From NCBI GenBank assembly GCA_963766735.1, contig CAVYBU010000003.1, positions 32,001-96,000 on the forward strand: 64,000 bases of DNA, given 5' to 3'. This stretch comes from an uncultured Chloroflexia bacterium (GTDB lineage: Bacteria; Chloroflexota; Limnocylindria; Limnocylindrales; CSP1-4). A program made the position numbers and the translations under genes. Below the pieces are notes generated by a model. That model had not been told where the DNA came from and ran no database searches. It saw only the letters and a list, made by a program, of their open reading frames with translations. Shown here one piece after another: positions 22,369 to 31,938 of this stretch (position 1 is its first letter; every line of letters begins with the position of its first letter).

Positions 22369-24419
22369 ATGTACCCCCTCCTGAACACCTTGTTCGCCTC
22401 CGAGGGAGAGGCCGTCGTCACCGGAGCGGTGGATCCGGGGATCTACCCCCTGCTGATCGCGCTGATCCCGTTGCTGCCTATCCTCGGCTTCGCCTTCACC
22501 GCCCTGTTCGGGCGCCGGCTGCAGGCGAAGGGGGGCGGACCGCCGCCGAGATCGTGCCGGTGGGCATCGTCATCGCGGTCTGGGTGATCGCGATGATGGT
22601 CATCGTCCCGGCGCTGACCCACGCGGAGCCCTTCGGCGAGCACGGCCTGGACGTCACGCTCTGGACGTGGATCCCCGCCGGGGACTTCGTGGTGAACATG
22701 GGATTCCACGTGGATGCCCTGACCGCGGCGCTCCTGATCGTCGTCACGACCATCGGCATGCTCGTGCACATCTACTCGATCGGGTACATGGCGCACGACC
22801 CGGGCACGTGGCGGTTCTTCGCCTACCTCAACCTGTTCATGTTCTCGATGCTCGTGCTCGTGCTGGCGGACAACTGGGTGCTGGTGTTCGCGGGCTGGGA
22901 GCTGGTGGGCCTGTCCTCGTACTCGCTGATCGGGTTCTGGTACCCGAAGCGGTCCGCGGCGCTGGCCGCCAAGAAGGCGTTCATCGTGAACCGCGTCGGC
23001 GACGTGGGCTTCGCGCTCGGGATCATGGCGATCTGGGTCAATACCGGGACGCTGAACATCCAGGAATTGCTTGCCAGGCTGATCGAGATGCCGGCCGCAG
23101 AGCTGACGATCCCGCTCGTGGTCGTCGCGCTGCTCGTGTTCGCAGGCGCGATGGGCAAGAGCGCCCAGTTCCCGCTGCACGTCTGGCTCCCGGACGCGAT
23201 GGAGGGCCCGACCCCGGTCTCCGCCCTGATCCACGCTGCCACCATGGTCAACGCCGGCGTCTACCTCGTCGCGCGCGCCAACCCGCTGTTCGCGCACGCG
23301 CAGGAAGCGATGGTCGTCGTTGCGGCGATCGGCATCTTCACCGCCATCCTCGCGGCGTCGATCGCGTTCACCCAGACCGACATCAAGCGCGTGCTCGCGT
23401 ACTCCACCCTCTCGCAGCTGGGCTACATGTTCGCCGCGCTGGGCGTGGGCGCCTACGTCGCGGCCATCTTCCACCTCATGACCCACGGCTTCTTCAAGGG
23501 CCTCCTGTTCCTCGGGTCGGGCTCGGTCATCCACGCGGTGGACGGCGAGCAGGACATGAACCGGATGGGAAGGCTGTGGCGGAAGATCCCGATCACGCAC
23601 TGGACGATGCTCGTGGGCACGATCGCGATCGCGGGCATCCCGCCGCTCGCGGGCTTCTTCTCCAAGGACGAGATCCTGGGCGAGGCGTTCAAGTTCGGGT
23701 TCTACTGGGTCTGGGGTATCGGCCTGGTGGTCGCGGCGATGACCGCGTTCTACATGTGGCGCCTGATGGGCAAGACGTTCTACGGCGAGTCCCACGTGGA
23801 CCCGAGCGTGGAGCCCAAGGTCCACGAGTCGCCGTGGACCATGACCCTGCCGCTCGTCCTGCTCGCGATCCCGGCCGCGTTGCTGGGCATCGCCCTGGGC
23901 ACGCCGCTCGGTGCCTCGACCCTCAAGGGCTGGCTGGAGCCGGTCTTCGTCGAGTCCGAGGAGTACCTCTACGGCGAGCCGCACGCGTACGAGCTGTTCG
24001 GCATCGACGGGTACCTGATCCTGGCCAGCGTCGCCGTGGCAACCCTCGGCCTGATCCTCGGGATCTGGCTGTTCGGCGCCTTCAAGCGCCGGGGCAAGCC
24101 GGAGCGCGTCCGGCAGCTGACCAACGCGAACGGCGCGACGCGGTTCCTCTACCGCGCGACGCTCAACAAGTGGTGGTTCGACGAGCTCAACGACCTGCTG
24201 TTCATCCGCATCGGCGGGCGCATCGCCGCCGCCATGTGGTGGTTCGACCGATCCATCGTGGACGGTGCCGTCAACGGCGTCGGCAGCGTGACCCGCGGCG
24301 CGGGCGGCGGGCTGCGTCAGATCCAGACGGGGCGTGTCCAGAACTACGCGCTGGGCATCGCGATCGGGTTGATCGTGATGGCGGCCTCGTTCCTCCTGAT
24401 CGTGGGGCAGCCCCGATGA
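22369..24419 (+). CDS. nuoL: NADH-quinone oxidoreductase subunit L, with a 1-nt frameshift in the G6 run at 22530-22535
   Basis: N-terminus LIPLLPILGF in one frame; the rest (WELVG, GKSAQFPLHVWLPDAMEGPTPVSALIHAATMV, YSTLSQLG) in the -1 frame; one extra G restores the ORF. Confidence 0.9.
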
Positions 24420-25963
24420 TCGACCTCTCCGGGCTGCACCTGGTGACCCTGGTCACCTTCCTGCCCCTGCTGGGCGCTCTCGTGATCGCGTTCACGCCGA
24501 CCAGCCGGCCGAACGTCGCGCGCTACACCGCGCTCGGTTTCGCCCTCCTCGCGTGGGTCGCCTCGCTCGCGCTGCTGGTCGCCTTCGTGGCCGGTGCGGA
24601 TGGCTTCCAGTTCGTCGACCAGGTCGACTGGATCCCGATGTTCGGCATCCAGTACAAGGTGGGCGTGGACGGGCTCTCGCTCGTGCTCGTGGTCCTCACC
24701 ACGACCCTCACCTGGATCAGCATCCTCGCCTCCTTCGGCCCGATCCAGAACCGGGTGAAGGAGTACATGATCTCGTTCCTCGTCCTCGAGGTGGGGATGA
24801 CGGGCGTGTTCGTTGCGATGGACCTGTTCCTGTTCTACATCTTCTGGGAGCTGGTCCTCGTCCCGATGTACCTGATCATCGGGATCTGGGGCGGCAAGAA
24901 CCGCATCTACGCCACCATCAAGTTCGTCCTCTACACCCTGGTCGGGTCGCTGCTGATGCTGGTCGCGATCCTGGCCGCCGCCTTCACCTACCAGACCACC
25001 AACGGGTGGGCAGGGGCGTTCGACGTCGGGAAGCTCACCGAGTTCGCGGCCGCCGGCAACTTCGACGGCACCTTCGGCTTCTTCGCGTTCGCGGCATTCG
25101 CGCTCGCCTTTGCGATCAAGGTCCCGATGTTCCCGTTCCACACCTGGCTCCCGGACGCCCACGTGGAGGCGCCCACGGCGGGCTCCGTCATCCTGGCCGG
25201 CGTCCTGCTGAAGCTGGGTGGCTACGGGTTCATCCGGTTCGCGATCCCGCTGTTCCCGGAGGCGGCGCAGACCTGGGCCCCGCTGATCATCGTGATGAGC
25301 CTGATCGCGATCATCTACGGCGCGATCGTCGCCCTGGTCCAGCCAGACCTCAAGAAGCTGGTCGCCTATTCGTCGGTCAGCCACATGGGCTTCGTGACCC
25401 TGGGCATCTTCGTGTTCCAGGAACAGGGCATGCAGGGGGCCATCCTCCAGATGGTCAACCACGGGCTCATCACCGGCGCACTCTTCCTCCTCGTGGGCGT
25501 GATCTACGAGCGCACCCACGATCGGACGATCGCCAAGATGGGCGGGCTGGGGTCGAAGACCCCTGTGTACGCCGCCGCGTTCGGGTTCTTCGTCTTCGCC
25601 TCGGTCGGCCTGCCGGGCCTGTCCGGGTTCGTGGGCGAGTTCCTGGTCCTGGTCGGAACGTTCGCCTTCAACCCCGCCGCCGCCGCGATCGCGACCTTCG
25701 TGATGATCCTTGCCGCCGGGTACCTGCTCTGGATGTTCCAGCGAGTGGCCTTCGGCGAGCTGTCGGGGTTCCTCAAGGGTCTCGGCGACCACCTCACCGA
25801 CCTCCGCCCTGTCGAGGCACTCACGCTTGTGCCGCTGGGCGCGCTGGTCGTGGTGTTCGGCCTCTTCCCGGGCCTGCTCCTGGACCTGATCGCCGGTTCC
25901 GTGACGAACGCACTCGCCGCGGTGCAACAGGCTGCACCCATCGCCCTCGGCCTGTGGCGGTAG
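24416..25963 (+). CDS. nuoM: NADH-quinone oxidoreductase subunit M
   Basis: FYIFWELVLVPMY, KVPMFPFHTWLPDAHVEAPT, KKLVAYSSVSHMG; ATGA overlap. Confidence 0.95.
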   Translation: MIDLSGLHLVTLVTFLPLLGALVIAFTPTSRPNVARYTALGFALLAWVASLALLVAFVAGADGFQFVDQVDWIPMFGIQYKVGVDGLSLVLVVLTTTLTWISILASFGPIQNRVKEYMISFLVLEVGMTGVFVAMDLFLFYIFWELVLVPMYLIIGIWGGKNRIYATIKFVLYTLVGSLLMLVAILAAAFTYQTTNGWAGAFDVGKLTEFAAAGNFDGTFGFFAFAAFALAFAIKVPMFPFHTWLPDAHVEAPTAGSVILAGVLLKLGGYGFIRFAIPLFPEAAQTWAPLIIVMSLIAIIYGAIVALVQPDLKKLVAYSSVSHMGFVTLGIFVFQEQGMQGAILQMVNHGLITGALFLLVGVIYERTHDRTIAKMGGLGSKTPVYAAAFGFFVFASVGLPGLSGFVGEFLVLVGTFAFNPAAAAIATFVMILAAGYLLWMFQRVAFGELSGFLKGLGDHLTDLRPVEALTLVPLGALVVVFGLFPGLLLDLIAGSVTNALAAVQQAAPIALGLWR

Positions 25964-25973
25964 GAGGACACCC

Positions 25974-27437
25974 GTGATCTTCTCCGACGCCGTCACGCTG
26001 GCGCCGTTCATCGCCGCGGTGCTGCTGGCAGCCGCGATCATCGTCGTCGACTTCATCGTGCCCGGCCGCAAGGTCCCGGTGCTCGCGGTGACGTTTGTCG
26101 GCCTTGCGCTCGTCGCCGGGCTGATCGTCCTCACGGGCCAGACCGGATCCACGGCCTTCAACGGCTCCTACGTGGTGGACCCGCTGACCACGTTCCTGGA
26201 CGTGCTGTTCGTGGCGATCGTCGCGCTGAGCGTCGCGTTCGCGCCGGACTACATGGAGGAGCGCGGCCTGCCGGTGGCCGAGTTCAGCGCGATCCTCGTG
26301 TTCGCGATGTCGGGCGCCATGCTCCTTGCCGGGTCGGCGGACCTGCTGCTGCTGTTCCTGGGCCTGGAGCTCATGGTCCTGCCCGGGTACATCCTGGCCG
26401 GCTACCACAAGTCGGACGGCTTCTCGACCGAGGGCGCGATCAAGTACTTCCTGCTCGGGTCCTTCTCCTCCGCCATCTTCCTGTTCGGGCTCGCGTTCGT
26501 GTGGGGCATGACCGGCACCACCCGGATCGATGGCGTGGCGCAATCCCTGGCCGCGCTCGTGAGCGGCACCGCGGCGCTCTCGCCGGGCCTGGCCCTTGGC
26601 CTCGCGTTCATGACCACGGGCGTGGCATTCAAGATCGCCGCCGTCCCGTTCCACTACTGGACGCCGGATGCGTACCAGGGCTCCCCGACCCCGGTCACCG
26701 GCTATCTGTCGGTCGGGCCGAAGATCGGGGCGTTCGCACTGATCATCCGGCTCTTCGGCGAAGCGCTCGGTCCCCTCGCGCTGGACTGGAACATCGTGAT
26801 CATGGTGCTGGCGGCCCTGACGATGACCCTTGGCAACCTGGTCGCGCTGACCCAGGACAACGTCAAGCGGATGCTCGCGTACTCCTCGATCGCACACACC
26901 GGCTACATGCTGGTCGGGTTCGCGGCGTTCGCGGCCGGTGAGATCCAGGGCCTCGAGGGGCTGCTCTTCTACAGCGCCGCGTACGCGTTCATGAACCTGG
27001 GCGCATTCGCCGTGATCGCGGCCCTCCAGAAGCGCCGTGCGGTGACCAGCAACCTGTCCACCTTCGCGGGCCTCATCCGCCGTGAGCCGGTCCTGGCGTT
27101 GATGATGACCCTGTTCATGCTGTCCCTCACGGGCATCCCGCCCACGGCCGGGTTCTTCGGCAAGTTCTACGTGATCCTCTCGGCGGTCCAGGCCGGTGGG
27201 TGGCTGACCGCCCTCGCGATCCTTGCGGTGCTCAACGCGGCGGTGGCGGCGTTCTACTACCTGCGCGTCGTGGTCTACATGTTCATGCGGGAACCGGAGG
27301 GCGAGATCCCGGTGATGCCGCACGGGCGCCTCGTCTGGGCCGGACTGGTGGTGGCAACGGTGTTGACGGTGGCGCTGGGCCTGTTCCCCAACGCCCTGCT
27401 GGACATCGTCGAGGGCGCGGCCGCGGCGATCGGCTAG
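25974..27437 (+). CDS. nuoN: NADH-quinone oxidoreductase subunit N
   Basis: EGAIKYFLLG, FKIAAVPFHYWTPDAYQGSPTP, KRMLAYSSIAHTGY; AGGAGG SD. Confidence 0.95.
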   Translation: MIFSDAVTLAPFIAAVLLAAAIIVVDFIVPGRKVPVLAVTFVGLALVAGLIVLTGQTGSTAFNGSYVVDPLTTFLDVLFVAIVALSVAFAPDYMEERGLPVAEFSAILVFAMSGAMLLAGSADLLLLFLGLELMVLPGYILAGYHKSDGFSTEGAIKYFLLGSFSSAIFLFGLAFVWGMTGTTRIDGVAQSLAALVSGTAALSPGLALGLAFMTTGVAFKIAAVPFHYWTPDAYQGSPTPVTGYLSVGPKIGAFALIIRLFGEALGPLALDWNIVIMVLAALTMTLGNLVALTQDNVKRMLAYSSIAHTGYMLVGFAAFAAGEIQGLEGLLFYSAAYAFMNLGAFAVIAALQKRRAVTSNLSTFAGLIRREPVLALMMTLFMLSLTGIPPTAGFFGKFYVILSAVQAGGWLTALAILAVLNAAVAAFYYLRVVVYMFMREPEGEIPVMPHGRLVWAGLVVATVLTVALGLFPNALLDIVEGAAAAIG

Positions 27438-27486
27438 GTCCGGGCCCGGAACACATGGGGACTGGGGCCAGCCTCCCCGCGACACC

Positions 27487-28113
27487 ATGATCGACGCGCT
27501 TGCCACGGGCGCCCTGTTCGGGCTGTCGGCCGGCCTCGCCCCGGGTCCGCTGCTCGCGCTTGTCATCTCACAGACCGTGCGCCACGGCCTTGGCCAGGGA
27601 GTGCGGGTGGCGCTCGCCCCGCTGGTCACGGACCTGCCGATCGTCATTGTCTCCGCGCTCCTCGTGGGAACCGTGGCCGGCGCGTCCGGGCCGCTGACGG
27701 TCATCGCCCTGGCAGGTGCCGCCTTCGTCTCGTGGCTGGCCTGGGACACCTGGCGGGCACAGCCGCCGGGCATGCTCCTCGAGGGCGAGACGCCACCGGC
27801 GCCGCGATCGTGGACCCGTGGGGTCGTGGCCAACGGGCTCAGCCCGCATCCCTGGCTGTTCTGGATCGTCGTTGGCGCACCGACGCTGCTCTCCGCGTAC
27901 TCCAGCGGCGGGGTGCCGACAGCAGCCGCGTTCCTGCTCGGGTTCTACGGATGCCTCCTCGGGTCGAAGCTGGGCATCGCGCTGGCGGTCGGGCGGACGC
28001 GAGGTCGTGTCGCCGGGCGCGGCTACCGGTTGACCATGCGCGTGCTGGCGGTGCTGCTGGTCGCGTTCGCCGTCGGGCTGCTGCGCGAGGGACTGCTCCT
28101 GGTGACCGGCTGA
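27487..28113 (+). CDS. LysE-family translocator
   Basis: GLSAGLAPGP..SQTVRHG, NGLSPHPWLFW; about 6 TM. Confidence 0.82.
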   Translation: MIDALATGALFGLSAGLAPGPLLALVISQTVRHGLGQGVRVALAPLVTDLPIVIVSALLVGTVAGASGPLTVIALAGAAFVSWLAWDTWRAQPPGMLLEGETPPAPRSWTRGVVANGLSPHPWLFWIVVGAPTLLSAYSSGGVPTAAAFLLGFYGCLLGSKLGIALAVGRTRGRVAGRGYRLTMRVLAVLLVAFAVGLLREGLLLVTG

Positions 28114-28128
28114 CGGCCACGCGCGGCG

Positions 28129-28794
28129 TCAGGGAGTGACGGTCACCCCTGGCAGGATCGACCCGAGGCCGGCGGCCATCACATCCGGACCGATCCCACC
28201 CAGCGCACCGTCGCGCACGATCCCATCCTTGTCGATCCAGAAGTGGACTGGAAGGGCAAGGGCACCCCACGCGGCCTGCGCGGTGCCGTCCGTGTCCAGC
28301 CCGACCGGGAAGGTCATGCCCACCTCGGCGGCAAACGCGGCAACCGCGGCCTCGTCCTCGCGCACGTCCACGGGGACGACGACGATGTCCGTGTCCTCGT
28401 AGCGTGCTGCGAAACCGGCCATGAGCGGCAGTTCGTCCACGCAAGACGGGCACCACGTGGCCATGAAGTTGACCCAGACCGGCTTGCCCCTGAGCGCGGC
28501 GAGGTCGATCGTGCCGCCTCCGACCTTCGGGACCACCAGCGGCGGCGCCGGCTGTCCGACGCCAAACGCCTCGGAGCCGGCGGTGGCCGACGGCTCTGCG
28601 GGAGTTGGAGTGGCCGGCGATGCCGTGGGAGTGGGGGCGGGTGACGGGAACGGCGTTGGCTCCGCGGTCGGTGTCGGCGCGGGTGAGGCCGCGGGTGCGG
28701 GCCCCGGCAGGAACGCGACCAGCCCACCAATGATGAGGCCTCCCACGACGACGCCCGTGACAAGCCCCAGTGCGATGACAGTCCTCCCACCCAT
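28129..28794 (-). CDS. Membrane-anchored TlpA/ResA-like thiol-disulfide oxidoreductase
   Basis: N-terminal TM, Pro/Thr/Ser linker, GKPVWVNFMATWCPSC..ELP, cis-Pro loop LPVHFWIDKDG. Confidence 0.9.
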   Translation of the reverse strand: MGGRTVIALGLVTGVVVGGLIIGGLVAFLPGPAPAASPAPTPTAEPTPFPSPAPTPTASPATPTPAEPSATAGSEAFGVGQPAPPLVVPKVGGGTIDLAALRGKPVWVNFMATWCPSCVDELPLMAGFAARYEDTDIVVVPVDVREDEAAVAAFAAEVGMTFPVGLDTDGTAQAAWGALALPVHFWIDKDGIVRDGALGGIGPDVMAAGLGSILPGVTVTP

Positions 28795-28861
28795 CTGGCG
28801 AGCGTACCAGCACTAACGGGGAGAGGCACGTTCCTCCGGAGTCAACTAGGATTCGCGCGCC

Positions 28862-29596
28862 ATGGTCGCCACCCTGCTCACCGCACTCCGCACGCGGCTC
28901 CTGCCTGCGCTCGTGACCGCGATGGGCGTCATGCTGGTCACGGCCGGCCTGCTCTCGTACGCGGACCCCGCCACAGCCGGCACCGCGGTCGTGGAGACGC
29001 CGAGCATCGAGACCCTCGCGCCGACCGAGGAGCCCACGCCGACGATCGAGGTGGCGTCTCCATCGGTGAACCCGTCCACAACGGCATCGGCTGAGCCGAC
29101 GGCAGAGGCAACGCCGCCACCCGCCGGGCGGGCTGTTGCCACCCGCGTGGTTGTCCCGGCGCTCAAGATCGACATGCCGATCGTCGAGGGCAACGCCAGC
29201 TACCCATACTGCAACGTCGCGATGTACATCAAGGAGCTGGGCCAGCCCGGCGAGGACCGCGCCACGTACCTCTACGCCCATGCGCGCGACGGCATGTTCG
29301 GCCCGATCTACGAGCTCGCGATCCCGAAGAAGAACGGCAAGAAGATGCTGGGGATGGTCGTGCAGGTCTACACCAGCGACGACAAGCTCTACCTGTACGA
29401 GATCCGCGAGGTGCGGCTCCACCAGCTGGACCTGGACGACGCGCTGGGGGCCACCTCAGAGGAGCTCTGGCTCCAGACCTCGGAGGGACCCAAGGGCACG
29501 CCGGGCAAGACCCAGGTCCGCGCCCTCCCGATCTCGGTCGGCCAGGCGGACCCGGCGGACGCGCATCCCAAGGCGAAGCCCGTCGCCTGCGGGTAG
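28862..29596 (+). CDS. Sortase-fold protein with LQTS in place of catalytic LxTC
   Basis: N-terminal TM, S/T/P stalk, RVVVPALKIDMPIVEG, PGE..TYLYAHA..GMFGP, YLYEIREV, LWLQTS. Confidence 0.72.
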   Translation: MVATLLTALRTRLLPALVTAMGVMLVTAGLLSYADPATAGTAVVETPSIETLAPTEEPTPTIEVASPSVNPSTTASAEPTAEATPPPAGRAVATRVVVPALKIDMPIVEGNASYPYCNVAMYIKELGQPGEDRATYLYAHARDGMFGPIYELAIPKKNGKKMLGMVVQVYTSDDKLYLYEIREVRLHQLDLDDALGATSEELWLQTSEGPKGTPGKTQVRALPISVGQADPADAHPKAKPVACG

Positions 29597-29681
29597 GAGC
29601 TCAGATCCCGGTCGATCCGCCGCAGCAGGATCGCGGCCGGCGCCGCGCCCGCGGATCAGCGCCTCCTGCCTGGCTGCGCGG

Positions 29682-31415
29682 TCAGGTGGCTCCCCCTGGG
29701 CCGGCCGCAGGGGGTCCGGGCGCGCGGTCGGGGTGGGGCCCGCCGGGTTCGGCACGTTCGACCGCTCCATCGGCACCAGGCGCTGTGGCGGGGGCCGGGA
29801 CCGGCTCCCGCGGCGCGAGCCTGCGTCGCCGCCGGTCCAGCAGCAGGGCCGGCGGCACCGCCGCTGCCGTCACGGCCGCGGCGACCAGGAAGATGCCGAC
29901 CATGATCCGCGCGGCCTCGCCTGCCGCCCAGGCCTCCAGGGCCTCGACCACCAGCGGGTCCTTCAGCTGCCGCCCATGGAGGGCCTCCGGGACGTACTGC
30001 AGGTAGGCGTCCGACGAGGCGTAGACCTGGTCGTACAGACGGTCGATGGTCGTGGAGCCGTATGCCGTGAGGATCGCGAGGCCCACGGCCATACCGATCA
30101 TCCGTGCAACGGTCACGGTGGACGATGCGATGCCGTACTGCTCCACGGCTACCGCTTCCACGGCCGCCGTCGAGCGCGGCGTCACCGTGAGCCCGAAGCC
30201 AGCCCCGAATAGCGCCAGCGCCGCCGCCGCGCCCTGAACCGAGGTCTCCGGGGTCCAGCCCGCCATGAGCACGAGGCCGACGATCGACGCCGAGAGGCCC
30301 GCCACCGTGACCAGGCGCAGCGAGAAGATCCGCACCGCGAAACCAGACAGCAGGGCCGCGACCGCGGTTGCGGCCGCGAGCGAACCGAGCGCGACCTGCT
30401 GCTCGGCTGGGCCGCCATACAGAACGCGGTCCACGAACACCGCCGCGCCCACGATCGCCGTCGCCAGGCCGTAGCCGGTCAGGACGGAGACGAGCGCCGC
30501 CGAGGCGAACCCCGCGTGCCGGAAGAGCCGCGGGTCGAGGAAGGGGTCCTGGACGCGCAGGCCCCGGATGATGGAGACCGGCCCGGCAACAGCGGCGATG
30601 CCGGCCAGGACCAGCCCGATCGTCGAGGGGTCCGGCCCGCTCCCGAGGCCGGTCGCGTCGCCGCCCTCCGCCCGACTGCCGAGCAGCGTCAACGCGCCCA
30701 GGGCTCCGACCAGGAACGCGGAGAACAGAAGCGCGCCGACCACGTCGACACGCCCGCTGCGGCGCGGCGTCTCCCAGCCGCTGCTGGCCGCCCAGGCCAG
30801 CGCCAGCGCGCCGATGCCGACCGGCACATTGACGTAGAAGACCCAGCGCCACGCGGGCGCCAGCGCATCCGCCAGGACCGAGCCCGGCGCCACGCCCAGG
30901 CGCGCGAGGGCGACCTCCGGGTGGATGACATCGAGGATCGCCGCGCCGAGGAACGGCCCTGCGGCCATCCCCAGGAACGTGAGCGCACCGATGACGCCCA
31001 GGGCTCGCGATCTGCCAGAGCCCGGGAACAGGTGGGACGCCGCGGACGTGGCCACGGGCACCAGCGCCCCGCCGCCGGCCGCCTGGACCAGTCGCGCGAC
31101 GATCAGCAATTCGAGCGTCGGCGCGGCACCGGCGAGCGCAGAGCCAACCGTGAACAGTCCGAGAGCCCCGAGGAACACGCGGCGGTTGCCCCACAGGTCC
31201 GCCAGTCGCCCGGCCAGCGGCATGGTGACGACGTAGACCAGCAGGTAGCCGTTGATGATCCAGGACGCCTCGCGGAGGCGGGCCCACGTGGCCAGGTCGG
31301 TGACGATCGCCGGCAGGGCGACCGCCGTGATCATCAGTTCGAGGCCGGCCAGGAAGACGCCCGTCCCCAGGACGGCGAGGAGCACGAGGGAATCTCGGCG
31401 CGGGAGCTGGTCCAC
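29682..31415 (-). CDS. MFS transporter (DHA2/EmrB-like)
   Basis: ALPAI, WIINGYLL, GRLADLWGNRR, ARLVQAAGGG, WRWVFYVNVPVG. Confidence 0.9.
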   Translation of the reverse strand: MDQLPRRDSLVLLAVLGTGVFLAGLELMITAVALPAIVTDLATWARLREASWIINGYLLVYVVTMPLAGRLADLWGNRRVFLGALGLFTVGSALAGAAPTLELLIVARLVQAAGGGALVPVATSAASHLFPGSGRSRALGVIGALTFLGMAAGPFLGAAILDVIHPEVALARLGVAPGSVLADALAPAWRWVFYVNVPVGIGALALAWAASSGWETPRRSGRVDVVGALLFSAFLVGALGALTLLGSRAEGGDATGLGSGPDPSTIGLVLAGIAAVAGPVSIIRGLRVQDPFLDPRLFRHAGFASAALVSVLTGYGLATAIVGAAVFVDRVLYGGPAEQQVALGSLAAATAVAALLSGFAVRIFSLRLVTVAGLSASIVGLVLMAGWTPETSVQGAAAALALFGAGFGLTVTPRSTAAVEAVAVEQYGIASSTVTVARMIGMAVGLAILTAYGSTTIDRLYDQVYASSDAYLQYVPEALHGRQLKDPLVVEALEAWAAGEAARIMVGIFLVAAAVTAAAVPPALLLDRRRRRLAPREPVPAPATAPGADGAVERAEPGGPHPDRAPGPPAAGPGGAT

Positions 31416-31466
31416 GCCCCGAGTTTAGGCGGTGCCGGCCCATGAGCGGTGGCGTGTCGAGGGGTG

Positions 31467-31495
31467 TTGACAGGGGCTCGCTTCACTCCTAATAT
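31467..31495 (+). promoter_or_regulatory. Sigma70-type promoter of the ArsR-PI lipid operon
   Basis: TTGACA (31467-31472), 17-nt spacer, TAATAT (31490-31495). Confidence 0.75.
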
Positions 31496-31527
31496 CAACG
31501 CCCATTGATATAAATGGCGGTTGATCC
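31492..31527. promoter_or_regulatory. Tandem palindromic operator, probably for the ArsR regulator
   Basis: ATATCAA-N6-TTGATAT (31492-31511) and an overlapping ATATAAA-N6-TTGATCC; AT-rich and covering the -10/+1 region. Confidence 0.6.
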
Positions 31528-31563
31528 TTCGGCGTCTCCCAAGTTGCAGGTTGCCTGACCGAC

Positions 31564-31938
31564 GTGTCTCCTTCCCCCGCGCGCTTCCGCAGCACCCTCG
31601 CCGCCGCCGTGGACCAGCCCGACGACCTCCGCGAGCTGCGACGCTTCCACAAGGTCCTGGCGGACGTGAACCGGCTGCGCATCGTGCGCCGGCTCGCGGA
31701 CGGCCCGGCGACGGTCTCGGAGCTGATCGAGCACGTCGGGTTGTCGCAGCCCCTGGTCTCGTGGCACCTGGGCAAGCTGCGCGAGGTGGGCCTGGTGGCC
31801 GCGCGTCGCCGCGGCCGGGAGGTCGTCCACACGATCGTTCCGGAGGCGTTCGCGACCTTTGCCCAACGTGAGGCCCGGGTCCTTGGCCTGGAGCCCGACG
31901 CCGCAGCCGCGGCCGACCTGAAGGGAGCCATCTCGTGA
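31564..31938 (+). CDS. ArsR/SmtB-family transcriptional regulator
   Basis: KVLADVNRLRIV..TVSEL..GLSQPLVSWHLGKLREVGLV..RRGREV; no Cys. Confidence 0.9.
   Translation: MSPSPARFRSTLAAAVDQPDDLRELRRFHKVLADVNRLRIVRRLADGPATVSELIEHVGLSQPLVSWHLGKLREVGLVAARRRGREVVHTIVPEAFATFAQREARVLGLEPDAAAAADLKGAIS

Noticed and set aside
18108-25963. ORF-track N-terminal extensions (1127-aa, 812-aa and 1098-aa versions)
   Set aside because: The extensions overlap upstream nuo genes out of frame; the real starts are 18834, 22369 and 24416
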